Positions 1 to 8,964 of a stretch of 54,886 bases of DNA are shown in pieces; position 1 is the first letter of the stretch, and each line of letters opens with the position of its first letter. The stretch comes from Bacteroidales bacterium. Its GTDB lineage: Bacteria; Bacteroidota; Bacteroidia; Bacteroidales; JAQUTK01. Made by a program: the position numbers and the translations under genes. Location of the stretch: contig JAQUZH010000001.1 of assembly GCA_028691445.1 (NCBI GenBank), positions 1 to 54,886 of the forward strand. The letters are read 5' to 3'. The notes below the pieces were generated by a model, which had not been told where the DNA came from, did no database searches, and saw nothing but the letters and a program-made list of their open reading frames with translations.

Positions 1-2
1 GA

Positions 3-236
3 GCAACACACCCTTATGCCGGATTTTATGGTATTAACCAAGACCCAGCCAATGCCATTCAGATAGACCTCGCATGTCGTCCCTGTTCTATTTTCGGGAA
101 TAAACCTTGTTTCCGTCACGACTATGCCTGTCTGAATTCGATTTCCCCCGAGCGTGTCATTCAGAAAGTGATGACCGTCATTTCCGCCCAAAGTCAGCAG
201 GAATCTCTCCCCAGACAGGAGTCTCCCACTTCATAA
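3..236 (+). CDS. 3' end of a glycosyltransferase family 9 (LPS heptosyltransferase-like) gene; the 5' part lies outside the window
   Basis: Frame 3 is open from the window edge to TAA at 234-236. The translation ...IDLACRPCSIFGNKPCFRHDYACLNSISPERV... has the C-terminal Cys-rich CxPC...C...C tail typical of GT9 enzymes. Confidence 0.5.
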   Translation, partial: ATHPYAGFYGINQDPANAIQIDLACRPCSIFGNKPCFRHDYACLNSISPERVIQKVMTVISAQSQQESLPRQESPTS

Positions 237-795
237 TTCTGGTCTGATAACTATTCTCTGCCAACCATTTCTCAGCACGTTCTATCAAATCAAATACTTT
301 TCTGTTTCTACTACTTTGTATCAATTTGGTATTGCATTTCTTGTGTTTTACCCATGCAATAGCATTTCGACTGTCTGAATAGACAGGAAGTCTTGAGTTT
401 GCCTTTTTCAAAAAAGCCAATGCATGAACCAAAGCCAGAAATTCGCCGATATTATTCGTGCCTTCTTCAAAGGGACCAATATGAAACAGTTCGCAACCGT
501 CTGCCACATAAACTCCACGATATTCCATTTTTCCGGGATTACCACTACATGCCGCATCCACAGCTATACTCTCTTTTATAGGTGATATCAACGTTTGATT
601 GACTAATTGTTGTTCCCTTTCTATTTTCTTTGGATATGAATAACCCTTTTGAAAAGCCTCTTCAGCTTCTTCTTTCGAAGGGAAAGCACGATAGTGCGCA
701 TTGGGAAATCCGAAAGTCTGTCGTTTACACTCATCCCATGTTTCATAAATTCCGGGGCAATTACCACTCCACACTACATAATATTTCTTTTTCAT
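178..795 (-). CDS. rnhA: Ribonuclease HI with N-terminal hybrid-binding (Cauli_VI-like) domain
   Basis: 205 aa. The N-terminus YYVVWSGNCPGIYETWDECKRQ...AFPSKEEAEEAF is an HBD fold signature. The C-terminal half carries RNase H catalytic residues (VDAACSGNPG..EY, NNIGEFLAL, SDS) and the tail WGEIPADFGRK. Confidence 0.9.
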   Translation of the reverse strand: MKKKYYVVWSGNCPGIYETWDECKRQTFGFPNAHYRAFPSKEEAEEAFQKGYSYPKKIEREQQLVNQTLISPIKESIAVDAACSGNPGKMEYRGVYVADGCELFHIGPFEEGTNNIGEFLALVHALAFLKKANSRLPVYSDSRNAIAWVKHKKCNTKLIQSSRNRKVFDLIERAEKWLAENSYQTRIMKWETPVWGEIPADFGRK

Positions 796-803
796 TTGTA
801 TCC

Positions 804-1403
804 TTATTTGTGAAGGGAATCAAGTAAGACGGACAAATTGGAGGTAAACAATTTGACTGCTATGGCAAGCAAGACCATTCCAGAGAATTTTCGCAGAATA
901 TATACTCCAACCTTCCCAAAGAGTTTTTCTATTACATGCACATATCTGACTACCAAATAGATTAATACGATATTAAGAAGCAATGCGATTAATATATTAA
1001 GCAGATTATATTCCGCCCTCAAGGAGAGAAGAGTGGTAAAAGAAGCCGCACCGGCTATCAGCGGGAAAACCAGAGGGACAAGAGTCGCTGAACCGTCAGG
1101 CCCATCAAATTTAAAAATCTCCACTCCAAAAGTCATCTCTACACCAACAACAAAAAGAACCAGAGCACCTGCGACTGCAAAGGATGAAATATCGACATTA
1201 AAAAGAGCAAGAATGATGTTTCCCATAAATAAGAAAAGGAGGAAGGTTATCAACGAATACAAGGCTGCTTTACCTGCATGAATTGAATCTTTCGTTTTTT
1301 CTTTCAGTGTCAGAATCACCGGAATGGCTCCAACAATATCGATTACAGCAAATAAGATAACAAACGCACTTATTATTTCTTGGAAGTTAAACTGGAGTGG
1401 CAT
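804..1403 (-). CDS. MarC family (UPF0056) integral membrane protein
   Basis: 199 aa and multi-pass hydrophobic. The N-terminus FVILFAVIDIVGAIPVIL is typical of the MarC family. Confidence 0.8.
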   Translation of the reverse strand: MPLQFNFQEIISAFVILFAVIDIVGAIPVILTLKEKTKDSIHAGKAALYSLITFLLFLFMGNIILALFNVDISSFAVAGALVLFVVGVEMTFGVEIFKFDGPDGSATLVPLVFPLIAGAASFTTLLSLRAEYNLLNILIALLLNIVLIYLVVRYVHVIEKLFGKVGVYILRKFSGMVLLAIAVKLFTSNLSVLLDSLHK

Positions 1404-1436
1404 CGTTTTTTTTCATTTAGGTTGACAAAACAAATG

Positions 1437-1444
1437 CAAAAGTA
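1437..1444 (-). promoter_or_regulatory. Bacteroides-type -7 promoter box (TACTTTTG) for the MarC gene
   Basis: Exact TAnnTTTG on the - strand, 34 nt upstream of the ATG at 1403. Confidence 0.5.
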
Positions 1445-1465
1445 AGATATCTTTGTTATTTGTCG

Positions 1466-1473
1466 TAATTTTG
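1466..1473 (+). promoter_or_regulatory. Bacteroides-type -7 promoter box (TAATTTTG) for aroK
   Basis: Exact TAnnTTTG 28 nt upstream of the ATG at 1501. It lies inside the 5' extension of the track ORF, which argues for the 1501 start. Confidence 0.55.
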
Positions 1474-1500
1474 CCGCTATTAATTATTTACGAGCTTATT

Positions 1501-2046
1501 ATGCAACGCATATTCTTGACGGGATTTATGGGATCAGGCAAAACAACATTAGGACGTTTTTTCGCCAAAGAGAACGGATATTCGTTTATTGATCTTGATC
1601 ATTACATAGAAGGACGTTACTTCAAAACCATTAATCAGATTTTTGAAGAATCAGGAGAAGAGGGGTTTCGTATCATGGAGCAAAAAGCCCTGAAAGAGGT
1701 GGCTGAGATTGAAGATGTTATCATTGCTACAGGAGGAGGCACTCCCTGCTTCTTCGATAACATGGATTACATGAATTCTTGCGGATTGACCGTCTTTATC
1801 AATGTATCTATTTCTGAGCTAACAATCAGACTCGAGAAAGCAAAAAGCAAACGTCCGCTGCTGAAAGACAAAAGTAAAGAAGAGATCGGGGAATATATTA
1901 AAGAAAAACTTCAAGCAAGACTTCCTTATTATCAGAAATCTCACCTCACAATTGACGGGAAAGAGATGTACAAGAAAGAGGATCTAGCCAAAATGTGCGA
2001 ATCTCTTCAGTCTCAAATATGCTCTTGGAAAGCGAAAAAGGAATAA
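1501..2046 (+). CDS. aroK: Shikimate kinase
   Basis: Walker A in MQRIFLTGFMGSGKTTLGR, then IATGGG. The start is moved to the Met at 1501 because the upstream 16 codons cover the promoter box. Confidence 0.9.
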   Translation: MQRIFLTGFMGSGKTTLGRFFAKENGYSFIDLDHYIEGRYFKTINQIFEESGEEGFRIMEQKALKEVAEIEDVIIATGGGTPCFFDNMDYMNSCGLTVFINVSISELTIRLEKAKSKRPLLKDKSKEEIGEYIKEKLQARLPYYQKSHLTIDGKEMYKKEDLAKMCESLQSQICSWKAKKE

Positions 2047-2137
2047 CTTATGACATGAAGTGTCCAAAATAACGATAAACATTGCAAAAAGTCAGAGAAT
2101 TCTACTTTTTAATATTGTTAGTCAAGGATATGTTTTG

Positions 2138-2145
2138 TAATTTTG
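2138..2145 (+). promoter_or_regulatory. -7 promoter box (TAATTTTG) for korAB
   Basis: Exact TAnnTTTG 50 nt upstream of the ATG at 2195. Confidence 0.55.
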
Positions 2146-2194
2146 CCGCTCTTTTGAGATGAAAGAAATATTATTTTAGTACATATATATTATT

Positions 2195-4042
2195 ATGGCA
2201 GAAGCGTTAAACATAATCGACTTGGAAAATGTCGTCGTAAGATTCTCCGGAGACTCTGGAGATGGAATGCAGTTGGCTGGTAATATCTTTTCCAATGTTT
2301 CCGCAGTTTTAGGAAATGATATATCCACATTCCCCGACTATCCGGCAGAAATTCGTGCCCCTCAAGGAACAATCAGTGGTGTTTCGGGCTATCAGGTACA
2401 CATCGGAACCAAGAAAGTCTATACATCCGGAGACAAATGCGATGTATTAGTAGCAATGAATCCAGCTGCATTGAAAACGAATATCAAGTTTACAACGCCA
2501 CAATCTATCATTATCATCGACACAGACACCTTTACTAAAAGAGACTTGGAAAAGGCGTTGTTTACAACAGATAATCCTTTTACAGAACTTCATATTAGCA
2601 ACACGGTGATTGATGCTCCTATCACCTCGATGTGCAAAGAGAGTCTGAAGGATAGCGGTCTAGACAATAAATCCATCATCAGATGCAAAAACATGTTTGC
2701 ATTGGGTTTGGTTTGTTGGCTTTTCAACCGTCCTTTGGAACATGCATTGCATATGCTTGAGAAAAAGTTTTCAAAAAAGCCAACCATTGCTGAAGCAAAT
2801 ATCAAAGTACTGACTGATGGCTATAATTACGGACATAATACACATGCCAGTGTACCGACTTACCGTCTCGAATCATCCGAAACACAGAAAAAAGGATTTT
2901 ATATGGATGTCGACGGCAACAAAGCCACTGCGTATGGTCTTATCGCCGCAGCCGAAAGAGCCGGATTGAAGCTATTTCTTGGTTCATATCCAATCACCCC
3001 TGCAACTGACATCCTACACGAACTATCAAAGCACAAAGCTCTGGGAGTAAAAACCGTTCAGGCAGAAGATGAGATAGCCGGTGTCGCAACGGCTATCGGA
3101 GCAAGTTTTGCGGGATGCCTGGCTGTAACAACAACCTCTGGTCCGGGTCTTTGTCTGAAAAGCGAAGCAATCAACTTAGCTGTAATCGCTGAGTTGCCAT
3201 TGGTGATTGTAGATGTAATGCGTGGTGGTCCTTCAACCGGACTTCCGACAAAAAGCGAACAAACTGATTTGCTTCAGGCACTATATGGACGTAACGGTGA
3301 AAGCCCATTAGTGGTCATCGCAGCGACATCGCCCACAAACTGTTTCGAAGCAGCTTTCTATGCTTCAAAAATTGCAGTAGAACACATGACTCCGGTGATT
3401 CTTCTTACAGATGGATACATCGCCAACGGATCGGCAGCATGGAGAATTCCAGATCTCGCCTCTTATCCGGAAATAACCCCCAACTATGTACCTGAAGGTA
3501 CTGAAAATTGGAAACCATACAACAGGGATCCTGAAACAAAAGTTCGTTATTGGGCCGTTCCGGGAAGAAAAGGTTTCGAACACCGCATCGGTGGTCTGGA
3601 AAAAGACTATTCTACCAGCGCTATCTCAACCAATCCGGCCAACCATCAAAAGATGACTGAAACCCGTAAGGCTAAAATTGAATATATCTCCACATGCATC
3701 CCTGATTTAAAAGTAGAAGGCAACGAAGAAGCTTCGTTACTTGTCGTTGGTTGGGGTGGTACATACGGTCACTTGCATTCAGCAGTCAAAGAGTGTAATC
3801 AAAAGAATAAACCTGTTGCATTGGCACATTTCAATTTTATCAATCCACTACCCAAAAACACGTTGGAAGTATTGTCAAAGTACAAGAAAATTGTAGTTTG
3901 CGAACAGAATATGGGACAATTTGCCGGTTATCTTCGCATGAATTTCCCGGGACTTCAAATGACTCAATTCAATAAGGTAGAAGGTCAGCCACTTGCTATC
4001 AATGAATTAAAAGAACATTTTATTAAACTGATGGAGGAATAA
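2195..4042 (+). CDS. korA: 2-oxoglutarate/2-oxoacid:ferredoxin oxidoreductase, alpha subunit (fused gamma-alpha type)
   Basis: 615 aa. Contains GSYPITPATDI and other PFOR pyrimidine-binding domain signatures, and is followed 2 nt later by the TPP-binding beta subunit. Confidence 0.88.
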   Translation: MAEALNIIDLENVVVRFSGDSGDGMQLAGNIFSNVSAVLGNDISTFPDYPAEIRAPQGTISGVSGYQVHIGTKKVYTSGDKCDVLVAMNPAALKTNIKFTTPQSIIIIDTDTFTKRDLEKALFTTDNPFTELHISNTVIDAPITSMCKESLKDSGLDNKSIIRCKNMFALGLVCWLFNRPLEHALHMLEKKFSKKPTIAEANIKVLTDGYNYGHNTHASVPTYRLESSETQKKGFYMDVDGNKATAYGLIAAAERAGLKLFLGSYPITPATDILHELSKHKALGVKTVQAEDEIAGVATAIGASFAGCLAVTTTSGPGLCLKSEAINLAVIAELPLVIVDVMRGGPSTGLPTKSEQTDLLQALYGRNGESPLVVIAATSPTNCFEAAFYASKIAVEHMTPVILLTDGYIANGSAAWRIPDLASYPEITPNYVPEGTENWKPYNRDPETKVRYWAVPGRKGFEHRIGGLEKDYSTSAISTNPANHQKMTETRKAKIEYISTCIPDLKVEGNEEASLLVVGWGGTYGHLHSAVKECNQKNKPVALAHFNFINPLPKNTLEVLSKYKKIVVCEQNMGQFAGYLRMNFPGLQMTQFNKVEGQPLAINELKEHFIKLMEE

Positions 4043-4044
4043 CA

Positions 4045-5058
4045 ATGAGCGAATTACAATACAAACCTCAAGACTTTAAGAGTGATCAATATGTACGTTG
4101 GTGCCCCGGTTGTGGTGATCACGCATTCCTCAACTACCTTCACAAAGCAATGTCTGAATTGGGAATTGCCCCACATGAAACTGCTGTAATATCAGGTATT
4201 GGATGTTCTTCACGCCTCCCATATTATATGAACACCTATGGTTTTCACACGATACATGGTAGAGCAGCAGCGATTGCAACGGGTTTAAAAGTGGCCAACC
4301 CAAAGTTAAGTGTATGGCAAATTTCCGGAGATGGCGATGGTCTTGCGATCGGCGGTAATCACTTTATACATGCCATACGCCGAAATATCGACTTGAATAT
4401 GATTCTTCTGAATAACGAAATCTATGGTTTGACAAAAGGACAATACTCCCCTACCTCTCCACGTGGCTTCGTCTCAAAATCATCTCCGTATGGTACTGTC
4501 GAAGATCCATTTCGTCCTGCCGAACTTGCTTTTGGAGCTCGTGGCCGATTCTTTGCCCGCACCATTGATGTAGATGGCCCCACCACTGTTTCAGTCCTGA
4601 CTGCCGCAGCCAAACACAAAGGAGCTTCCGTTGTTGAAGTGTTGCAGAATTGCGTGATCTTTAATAATGGAGTCCACAGCATACTCGCCACGAAAGAAGG
4701 ACGCGCAGAATACGCCATTCAATTAAAACAAGGTGAACCTATGCTTTTCGGGCTTAATAATGAGAAAGGACTGATGCAGGACGGATTTGGCCTCAAGGTA
4801 GTAAAACTGGGAGAGAACGGAATTACAGAAAAAGACATTCTCATACATGATGCCCACACAACGGACAATACGCTTCACCTGAAACTTGCATTGATGCAAG
4901 GACCGGATTTTCCTGTTGCACTTGGAGTTATTCGCGATGTGGAAGCTCCCTCATATGACGAATCTGTGGAAGCTCAAATCTGTGAAGTGCAGAAAAATAA
5001 AAAAGTACGTACGTTGACAGAACAACTAATGGCAGGTGAAATCTGGGAATTAAAATAA
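4045..5058 (+). CDS. korB: 2-oxoglutarate/2-oxoacid:ferredoxin oxidoreductase, beta (TPP-binding) subunit
   Basis: 337 aa. Has WCPGCGDH and the TPP motif ISGDGDGLAIGGNHFIHAIRRN. Confidence 0.88.
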   Translation: MSELQYKPQDFKSDQYVRWCPGCGDHAFLNYLHKAMSELGIAPHETAVISGIGCSSRLPYYMNTYGFHTIHGRAAAIATGLKVANPKLSVWQISGDGDGLAIGGNHFIHAIRRNIDLNMILLNNEIYGLTKGQYSPTSPRGFVSKSSPYGTVEDPFRPAELAFGARGRFFARTIDVDGPTTVSVLTAAAKHKGASVVEVLQNCVIFNNGVHSILATKEGRAEYAIQLKQGEPMLFGLNNEKGLMQDGFGLKVVKLGENGITEKDILIHDAHTTDNTLHLKLALMQGPDFPVALGVIRDVEAPSYDESVEAQICEVQKNKKVRTLTEQLMAGEIWELK

Positions 5059-5098
5059 CTGATTACAGAGAAGAAGAAACTCCGTAATGATCCATACA

Positions 5099-5135
5099 AG
5101 CCTCACACAAGCACTCTGCTGTGTGAGGCTATTTT
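5099..5135 (+). terminator. Intrinsic terminator after korB
   Basis: 11 bp stem agcctcacaca/tgtgtgaggct (5099-5109 / 5120-5130) followed by a T-rich tail. Confidence 0.6.
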
Positions 5136-5228
5136 ATAAAATTAAGTATTCATTTGGCGGGTTTTGCCAAATAATATCAATTACGGAAATATTTCTTTAA
5201 TCACCTTTTGTATCTCGAATATTCTCCT

Positions 5229-5236
5229 TACCTTTG
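5229..5236 (+). promoter_or_regulatory. -7 promoter box (TACCTTTG) for pckA
   Basis: Exact TAnnTTTG, with a TTTG at 5207-5210 in the position of a -33 element. The ATG is at 5314. Confidence 0.6.
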
Positions 5237-5313
5237 TACTCGATGAACTAGGGTTCATTAAAAGGCAAGAGAGATGAATAACAATAATATCCAACTAATT
5301 TAATCAAAAGAAA

Positions 5314-6918
5314 ATGGCAAAAGTAGATTTAAGCAAGTACGGTATTACCGGAGCTGTCGAAGTTGTGTACAATCCGTCTTTCGAGACTTTGTTCGCAGAA
5401 GAGACAAAAGCTGAATTGGAAGGTTTCGAAAAAGGTCAGGTTACAGAGTCAGGTGCTGTAAACGTAATGACAGGTATTTACACCGGTCGTTCACCAAAGG
5501 ATAAATTCTTCGTTATGGATGAGACATCAAAAAACACTGTATGGTGGACATCTGACGAATACAAGAATGACAACAAACCTCTTTCAGAAGAAAGCTGGAA
5601 AGTGTTGAAGGATCTTGCCATCAAACAGCTGTCCAACAAGAGATTATTCGTTGTTGACACATTCTGCGGTGCCAATGAAAACTCTCGCATCAAGGTACGT
5701 TTCATCGTGGAAGTAGCTTGGCAGGCACATTTCGTTAAGAATATGTTTATCCGCCCTACTGAAGAAGAACTAGCTGTTTACGGCGAACCTGATTTCGTAG
5801 TTTACAATGCTTCAAAAGCAAAAGTTGAAAACTTCAAAGAACTTGGTTTGAACTCAGAAACTGCTGTTGTATTCAACCTGACTTCAAAAGAACAGGTTAT
5901 TCTGAACACATGGTACGGTGGCGAAATGAAAAAAGGTATGTTCTCTTACATGAACTATCGTCTGCCTCTGATGGGTATGGCTTCAATGCACTGCTCTGCA
6001 AACACAAATGCAGCAGGTGAAACTGCTATCTTCTTTGGTTTGTCAGGAACAGGAAAGACTACTCTTTCTACAGATCCAAAACGTAACCTGATCGGTGACG
6101 ACGAGCACGGATGGGATGATGAAGGTATTTTCAACTACGAAGGTGGTTGCTACGCAAAAGTTATCAACCTGAGCCAGGAAAACGAACCAGACATTTACAA
6201 AGCTATCAAACGCGATGCTTTATTGGAAAATGTGACTGTTGATGCAAATGGCAAGATTGATTATACAGATGGAAGCAAGACAGAAAACACCCGTGTTTCT
6301 TATCCGATCGACCATATTGATAACATTGTTGCTCCTAAATCAGCTGCTCCAGCTGCTAAGAAAGTGATCTTCCTTTCAGCAGATGCATTCGGAGTATTGC
6401 CTCCGGTATCTATTCTTACTCCAGAACAAACTCAGTATTACTTCCTTTCAGGATTTACTGCTAAGTTAGCCGGAACAGAACGCGGTATCACAGAACCAAC
6501 TCCAACCTTCTCTGCATGTTTCGGTGCAGCATTCCTTTCTTTACACCCAACCAAATATGGTGAGGAACTTGTAAAGAAAATGGAGAAATCAGGTGCTACA
6601 GCTTACTTGGTTAACACCGGATGGAACGGATCAGGCAAACGTATTTCTATCAAAGATACCCGTGGAATTATCGACGCTATTCTGGATGGATCTATCGACA
6701 AAGCTCCTACAAAGACTATTCCTTACTTCTCATTCGTTGTTCCAACAGCTCTTCCTAATGTTGATCCGAAGATCCTTGATCCACGTGATACGTACGAATG
6801 TGCTTGCACTTGGGAAGAAAAAGCAAAAGATCTTGCAGGTCGTTTCATCAAAAACTTCAGCAAGTTTACAGGAAACGAAGCAGGTAAAGCCCTGGTTTCT
6901 GCCGGTCCTCAACTGTAA
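5314..6918 (+). CDS. pckA: Phosphoenolpyruvate carboxykinase (ATP)
   Basis: 534 aa. Kinase-1a motif [11 protein letters not shown], and full-length resemblance to ATP-dependent PckA (…IGDDEHGW…, …NTGWNG…). Confidence 0.97.
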   Translation: MAKVDLSKYGITGAVEVVYNPSFETLFAEETKAELEGFEKGQVTESGAVNVMTGIYTGRSPKDKFFVMDETSKNTVWWTSDEYKNDNKPLSEESWKVLKDLAIKQLSNKRLFVVDTFCGANENSRIKVRFIVEVAWQAHFVKNMFIRPTEEELAVYGEPDFVVYNASKAKVENFKELGLNSETAVVFNLTSKEQVILNTWYGGEMKKGMFSYMNYRLPLMGMASMHCSANTNAAGETAIFFGLSGTGKTTLSTDPKRNLIGDDEHGWDDEGIFNYEGGCYAKVINLSQENEPDIYKAIKRDALLENVTVDANGKIDYTDGSKTENTRVSYPIDHIDNIVAPKSAAPAAKKVIFLSADAFGVLPPVSILTPEQTQYYFLSGFTAKLAGTERGITEPTPTFSACFGAAFLSLHPTKYGEELVKKMEKSGATAYLVNTGWNGSGKRISIKDTRGIIDAILDGSIDKAPTKTIPYFSFVVPTALPNVDPKILDPRDTYECACTWEEKAKDLAGRFIKNFSKFTGNEAGKALVSAGPQL

Positions 6919-6943
6919 TTCATTTCTATCCTTTTATAGAAAA

Positions 6944-6973
6944 GGGATGCCTACATCAGGCATCCCTTTTTTC
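6944..6973 (+). terminator. Intrinsic terminator after pckA
   Basis: Stem gggatgcct/aggcatccc (6944-6952 / 6958-6966), 5 nt loop, then TTTTTT. Confidence 0.8.
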
Positions 6974-7165
6974 ATTTCGACAAACAAAAAAAGAGCAGAA
7001 TCGGCTTTTCATGATGCCACTCAAAAATAGTTTCCTCCATGATTTGAATCATTGAAGCATAATGTGCATTAGTCAATCTTTTAGTAATTGAATCTTGGAT
7101 ACAGATTGTTCGCTTCAAACTTTAAAAAAAACGTCAAAGAAAACGGAGGTTTTTAATTGTTTTTG

Positions 7166-7173
7166 TATGTTTG
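7166..7173 (+). promoter_or_regulatory. -7 promoter box (TATGTTTG) for the DoxX gene
   Basis: Exact TAnnTTTG 79 nt upstream of the ATG at 7252. Confidence 0.45.
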
Positions 7174-7251
7174 CACTATAAATCTCTTTTTATAGAGCAG
7201 AAATGAGACTTGGAGTGTAACCAGAATTAACTTAATCATAAATAAATAGAT

Positions 7252-7713
7252 ATGATACGTGAGTTTCTTTTCCCTGAATACTCAAGAAGAGTATGCCCTT
7301 CTTTAGCTCTTCTTGCATTTCGGATTTTATTCGGAATACTAATGATGACACATGGCTATCAGAAGTTTGCTCAGTTTGATGTACTAAAAGAGAGTTTTCC
7401 TGACCCTATGGGAGTTGGCAGCGAGATTTCACTGGCATTAGCTATTTTCGGAGAACTAATCTGCCCTGCAGCCTTCATCGTTGGGCTACTCTACAGACTG
7501 GCAATGATTCCAATGCTAGTCACCATGGGTGTGGCATTTTTTATTATTCACGGCAACGACACGTTTGCCAACAAAGAACTAGCCTTTATTTATCTTGCAG
7601 TATTTGTCATATTGTACTTTTCCGGTCCGGGGAAGTATGCCATAGACTCGATTATAAATAACAGGTTCATCAGAGACAAACGAGAAAAAGCACGTTCACT
7701 CCATATAGATTAG
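7252..7713 (+). CDS. DoxX family membrane protein
   Basis: 153 aa with 4 hydrophobic segments. LAFRILFGILMMTHGYQKF is the DoxX N-terminal signature. Confidence 0.8.
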   Translation: MIREFLFPEYSRRVCPSLALLAFRILFGILMMTHGYQKFAQFDVLKESFPDPMGVGSEISLALAIFGELICPAAFIVGLLYRLAMIPMLVTMGVAFFIIHGNDTFANKELAFIYLAVFVILYFSGPGKYAIDSIINNRFIRDKREKARSLHID

Positions 7714-7775
7714 AGAAAAGCTCTTTTTCTGTGCTAAAAAAAAATAAATCTTTTTTGTTTGACAAAGGGATTCAT

Positions 7776-7783
7776 TACATTTG
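7776..7783 (+). promoter_or_regulatory. -7 promoter box (TACATTTG) for the ROK kinase gene
   Basis: Exact TAnnTTTG 26 nt upstream of the ATG at 7809. Confidence 0.55.
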
Positions 7784-7808
7784 CTGGACATATTAAATCC
7801 GAAAGAAC

Positions 7809-8768
7809 ATGATTAACAAACAGAACGTGCTTGGAATGGATATTGGCGGGACCAATACCGTATTTGGAATTGTAGATGCAAGAGGAACTATCATAGCTAG
7901 CGGCTCTGTAAAGACCGCTAAGTATCCGAATTTCGACGATTATGTTGACAGCGTTTATGAGTCACTGAATGCACTAATCAATCAGAATGGTGGTATCGAA
8001 ACAATCAAAGGATTTGGAATCGGTGCTCCCAATGGGAACTATTATACCGGTGAAATTGCTTTCGCACCAAATTTGCCTTGGAAAGGACGCATTCCATTAG
8101 CAGATATTTTCAGCAAAAAATTTGGTATACCGGTCGGAGTAACAAATGATGCGAATGCAGCAGCAATTGGCGAAATGACCTATGGTGCAGCTCGTGGTAT
8201 GAAGGATTTTATCATGATCACTTTGGGTACAGGAGTAGGAAGTGGAGTCGTATGCAACGGTCAACTCGTATATGGACACGATGGTTTTGCAGGAGAGCTA
8301 GGACATGTCACATCAAAACGTAACGGCAGACTATGCGGTTGCGGCAAATGCGGATGTCTTGAAACGTATGCTTCAGCAACCGGAGTAGCACGTACAGCAA
8401 AAGAAATGCTGGAACTCACCAAAGAGCACAGCCTCCTTCGCAACACACCGATTGAAGACATCACATCAAAGGATGTATTTGACGCTGCTATTCAGGGAGA
8501 CAAGCTTGCGCTTGAAATCTTTGAGTTTACCGGAAAAACTTTAGGAGAAGCTTTTGCAGATTTTGTTGCATTTACGAGCCCCGAAGCAATCATCCTTTTT
8601 GGTGGATTAACAAAGGCAGGACCACTTATCCTTGACCCTATCAAAGAACATATGGAAAAGAATCTTTTACCAATCTTCCAAAACAAAGTAAAAGTACTCT
8701 TCTCTGAAATGAAAGATACTGATGCTGCCGTATTAGGAGCCAGCGCTTTAGCTTGGGAACTGAAATAA
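7809..8768 (+). CDS. ROK family sugar kinase (glucokinase-like)
   Basis: 319 aa. ATP-binding LGMDIGGTN, and the ROK zinc motif GHV...CGCGKCGCLE. Confidence 0.85.
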   Translation: MINKQNVLGMDIGGTNTVFGIVDARGTIIASGSVKTAKYPNFDDYVDSVYESLNALINQNGGIETIKGFGIGAPNGNYYTGEIAFAPNLPWKGRIPLADIFSKKFGIPVGVTNDANAAAIGEMTYGAARGMKDFIMITLGTGVGSGVVCNGQLVYGHDGFAGELGHVTSKRNGRLCGCGKCGCLETYASATGVARTAKEMLELTKEHSLLRNTPIEDITSKDVFDAAIQGDKLALEIFEFTGKTLGEAFADFVAFTSPEAIILFGGLTKAGPLILDPIKEHMEKNLLPIFQNKVKVLFSEMKDTDAAVLGASALAWELK

Positions 8769-8790
8769 CTCATTTAGATAGAAATTTAGA

Positions 8791-8823
8791 AAGCCGGCTC
8801 TTTTCAAAAAGGCCGGTTTTTTT
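8791..8823 (+). terminator. Probable intrinsic terminator after the ROK kinase gene
   Basis: Short GC stem (ccggc/gccgg) flanked by AAA and a T6 run. Confidence 0.45.
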
Positions 8824-8928
8824 ATCAATATAGTTCAATATGAACCATTGTAGAGCAAAGAAATCGCTACAAAAATTATTCTCATAATTTAGCACCATCC
8901 AGAACAATAAAGAAGGCAATATTTTTTG

Positions 8929-8936
8929 TAACTTTG
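8929..8936 (+). promoter_or_regulatory. -7 promoter box (TAACTTTG) for the purH-mreBCD-mrdA-rodA unit
   Basis: Exact TAnnTTTG 29 nt upstream of the ATG at 8965. Confidence 0.55.
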
Positions 8937-8964
8937 CACTTTAAATCACTAAACACATCGCTTT

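Noticed and set aside
1404-1416. A8 tract between an upstream out-of-frame ATG (1416) and the MarC ATG (1403); a 1-nt slip would fuse MKK to the ORF
   Set aside because: A-rich sequence directly upstream of start codons is the norm in Bacteroidota. The 1403 start gives a normal MarC N-terminus. There is no evidence for phase variation from a single sequence.
6593-7030. 145-aa ORF overlapping the pckA 3' end in another frame and running through the pckA terminator
   Set aside because: It is out of frame within a highly conserved gene and reads through a strong intrinsic terminator. The translation has no motifs.
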